A DNA stretch of 64,000 bases, taken from NCBI GenBank assembly GCA_964016885.1, contig OZ024765.1:10106001-10170000 (forward strand). The letters run 5' to 3'. The position numbers and the translations under genes were made by a program. The DNA comes from Eledone cirrhosa. Taxonomy: Eukaryota. Shown in pieces: positions 42,202 to 64,000 of this stretch (positions are counted from its first letter, which is position 1; each line of letters begins with the position of its first letter). The notes beneath the pieces are model-generated. The model did no database searches. It had not been told where the DNA came from and was given only the letters and a program-made list of their open reading frames with translations.

Positions 42202-43604
42202 ATAACATCAATGACTGAGATTACAAATTCATAATAATAATTATTATTTTATTTATTAGCCTCAATGGCTTCTACATAGACATAGACACAGTACACATTA
42301 TAGAGATAGGGGTTACAATACATGTGGGGCTGGATAGACCACAGTTGTATAAAAACGAGGTTAGGGGCAAGGACGTTTTACAATAAATACAATTTAACCT
42401 TGGAATAAGTATAAAATTATTATCAAACACCATATAATTATCACAAGATTTAATATTATATAAAATACTAGCTGAGATACCTGGCTTTACCCAGGTAAAC
42501 AGATGATAAGAGAAGACCGGTAGAAGAGAAAATGGCTGTATTGGATGCGTTGTCTGTTTTGCAGTATAAATGTATGTGTGTGTGTGTGCATGTGTGTGCG
42601 TGTAAACCAGCATTTAAATCGGAGACGCTGGCCGTGAAACACAATCATCACTGACAACGAACACACAGAGAGAATCCCTTATGGTTGGTTCACAACCTGC
42701 TAGAAATAGCAGTCAGCTTGGATAACACACCCGGGATGTTTTTCTTCTTCTTTGATGATATAAGATGAGTATCAAGAAACCTTCCTGGGTATTATACCCT
42801 CATTCCATTGTTGTACTTACCTCTGGATTGTCAGTTTTTGTTTTTGTGTGATGCACGAAGGAACCAACCAACAAACAAACATCTCTTTTTATATTATGTA
42901 TAAATGAAAAAATATTTAGGGTTACCTTTATGAGGATGGATAACCCACTAGTTCAGTCAGGTCAGAAGACCCCACATTTCTGTTTGTTCAATAATTTCTG
43001 ATTTAGGCACAAATTCAGTCCAGTAATTTAGGGAGAGAAGGAAGTCATTTACATCTACCCCAGTATTTCACTGGTATTTTATTACATCTACCCCAGTATT
43101 GACATCATCTGTATATGTATGTATGTACAACCCACCCCACCCCATCCCATCCATCACCCCACCAACACAACACATCCACCACCCCAATACATCAACTTCA
43201 CCCACCAACACAACCACCACCCCACACCGTCTACACCCCACCCCACCACCACACCATTCACACCCCGCACCACCACCCCAATACATCAACTTCACCCACC
43301 AACACAACACATCCACCACACCACACCGTCTACACCCCACCTCACCACCCCAATACATCGACTTCACCCACCACACCTTACCCTCTACACACCCCAATAC
43401 ATCAACTTCACCCACCACACCTTACCCTCTACACACCCCAATACATCAACTTCACCCACCAACACATCCACACACCCCCACCATCTACACCCCCCCCATA
43501 CATCAACTTCACCCACCAACACATCCACCACACCACACCATCTACACACCCCAACCCACCACATCAACTCCACCCACCACCCCAATACATCAACACCACT
43601 CACC

Positions 43605-43635
<31 letters not shown>

Positions 43636-43786
43636 TACGATATTAATAAATGGAAACTATATTTATTTCATTATACATATTTCAGGGATACCACATTAAA
43701 TTTTGGTATGCCTTCATCAGATAAAATACAATATATAACAGTTTTACAAATAGGTTTGACGTACCCTTTAAAACTGTTATATATTG

Positions 43787-43851
43787 TATTTTATCTGATG
43801 AAGGCATACCAAAATTTAATGTGGTATCCCTGAAATATGTATAATGAAATA
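43787..43851 (+). ncRNA. Type I hammerhead motif; inverted copy at 43664-43728 (-)
   Basis: TATTTTAT-CTGATGA-AGGcATACCA..TGGTATcCCT-GAAATATGTATA-ATGAAATA. Confidence 0.8.
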
Positions 43852-44650
43852 AATATGGTTTTATAAATATAGTTTCCATTTATTAATATCGTATATATAC
43901 TCCAAAAATGTGTCGAGTGCTTTATGTCGGTTATAAATATATCCCAACAACTTTAAATAGAACTTTTGCATATATATATATATATATATATTTATCAAGA
44001 TAACAGATTAAAGTTTAAGCAAAGAATCGCTGCTTTCACCCTTAACGGGATCTTCTGAAACAGTTTCAGAAGATCCCGTTAAGGGTGAAAGCAGCGAATC
44101 TTTGCTTAAACTTTAATCTGTTATTTTAATAAATATTTGCTCTACGGTTCTTATATATTTGATATATATTTATCCTTATCGAGCCCTCTTTGGATTTTAA
44201 TCTTCAATTTTATTATTATTACTATATATATATATATATATATATATATTAGGGTAAACATTGATGCAATTCAATTCAAGCACTCAACGTACTTTTTCCA
44301 CATAGGAGTGACGGAGTAAATATCGAATAAGTAAAAGCGAAGTAGTTTCAGATGTTCAAGTCCTTTAATAATAATGCTGTGATATATATTTCAATGACGA
44401 CACTGGCCACACTGTTCTGTGTGCGAGTGTCGTGACAGCATCAGACAGCTTGTTACATAACATGACAGCGAATTTCGTTGAAATCTGCGGTGCTAATGGC
44501 CAACTTCCTTCGAACATGCGCTTGCGCAGACCGGTGGGGGTGAATTGGTACTCACAAGGGAACGGATGAAAAACCCAAAAGCACGAACTTCGTCCGTTCC
44601 CATGTCGATTCAATTTGGATTGCCTCGGAAACAACCTTATTATGTAACAA

Positions 44651-44724
44651 GCTGTCTGATGATGTCACGACACTCGCACACAGAACAGTGTGGCCAGTGT
44701 CGTCATTGAAATATATATCACAGC
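44651..44724 (+). ncRNA. Type I hammerhead motif; inverted copy at 44376-44449 (-) has a CUGAUGC core
   Basis: GCTGT-CTGATGA-tgtcACGACACTcgCACAC..GTGTGgccAGTGTCGTcatt-GAAATATATATC-ACAGC. Confidence 0.82.
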
Positions 44725-44771
44725 ATTATTATTAAAGGACTTGAACATCTGAAACTACTTCGCTTTTACTT

Positions 44772-44838
<67 letters not shown>

Positions 44839-44849
44839 CTTCATTGTTT

Positions 44850-63912
<19,063 letters not shown>

Positions 63913-64000
63913 CTGCAATAACAAAAACAAAAAACCATTTATAAGCGATATATATACAGCCGTAGACTAGCTCAGACTGTTGTTTCTAGAATCAAATGTA

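Noticed and set aside
41174-42211. 345-aa ORF with 24-aa hydrophobic repeats
   Set aside because: Translation of the 72-bp array inside a MITE
42721-42798. Imperfect hairpin of about 80 nt as a pre-miRNA candidate
   Set aside because: Large loop, several bulges, no recognisable mature miRNA

Overview
Animal genomic DNA, very rich in (TA)n, (CA)n and minisatellites. The repeat content (RTE LINEs with (ATG)n tails, Nin/Deu-domain and tRNA-derived SINEs) suggests an octopod cephalopod; this is inference only. Two convergent protein-coding genes were assembled by hand from splice sites and reading phase. (1) The last 13 coding exons of ERCC3/XPB lie on the minus strand (63912 to 44850); the Walker B motif reads DEVQ instead of the usual DEVH. 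(2) An unrecognised plus-strand gene has five exons (3613-19883), each encoding one small four-cysteine module; two exons are a recent tandem duplicate whose differences all fall in amino-acid-changing codons. Transposable elements include an RTE LINE with an intact ORF, truncated RTE, CR1, R4-like and CRE-like LINEs, mariner/Tc1 relics, TTAA MITEs and several SINE families. The most striking non-coding signal is a dense set of hammerhead-ribozyme motifs: about 12 with intact or single-variant cores plus several degenerate ones, from roughly 10 sequence families. They are mostly in short inverted-repeat, Penelope-like elements inserted in (TA)n tracts. Nearly all long ORFs in the ORF track are microsatellite artefacts. 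All alignments and folds were done by eye.
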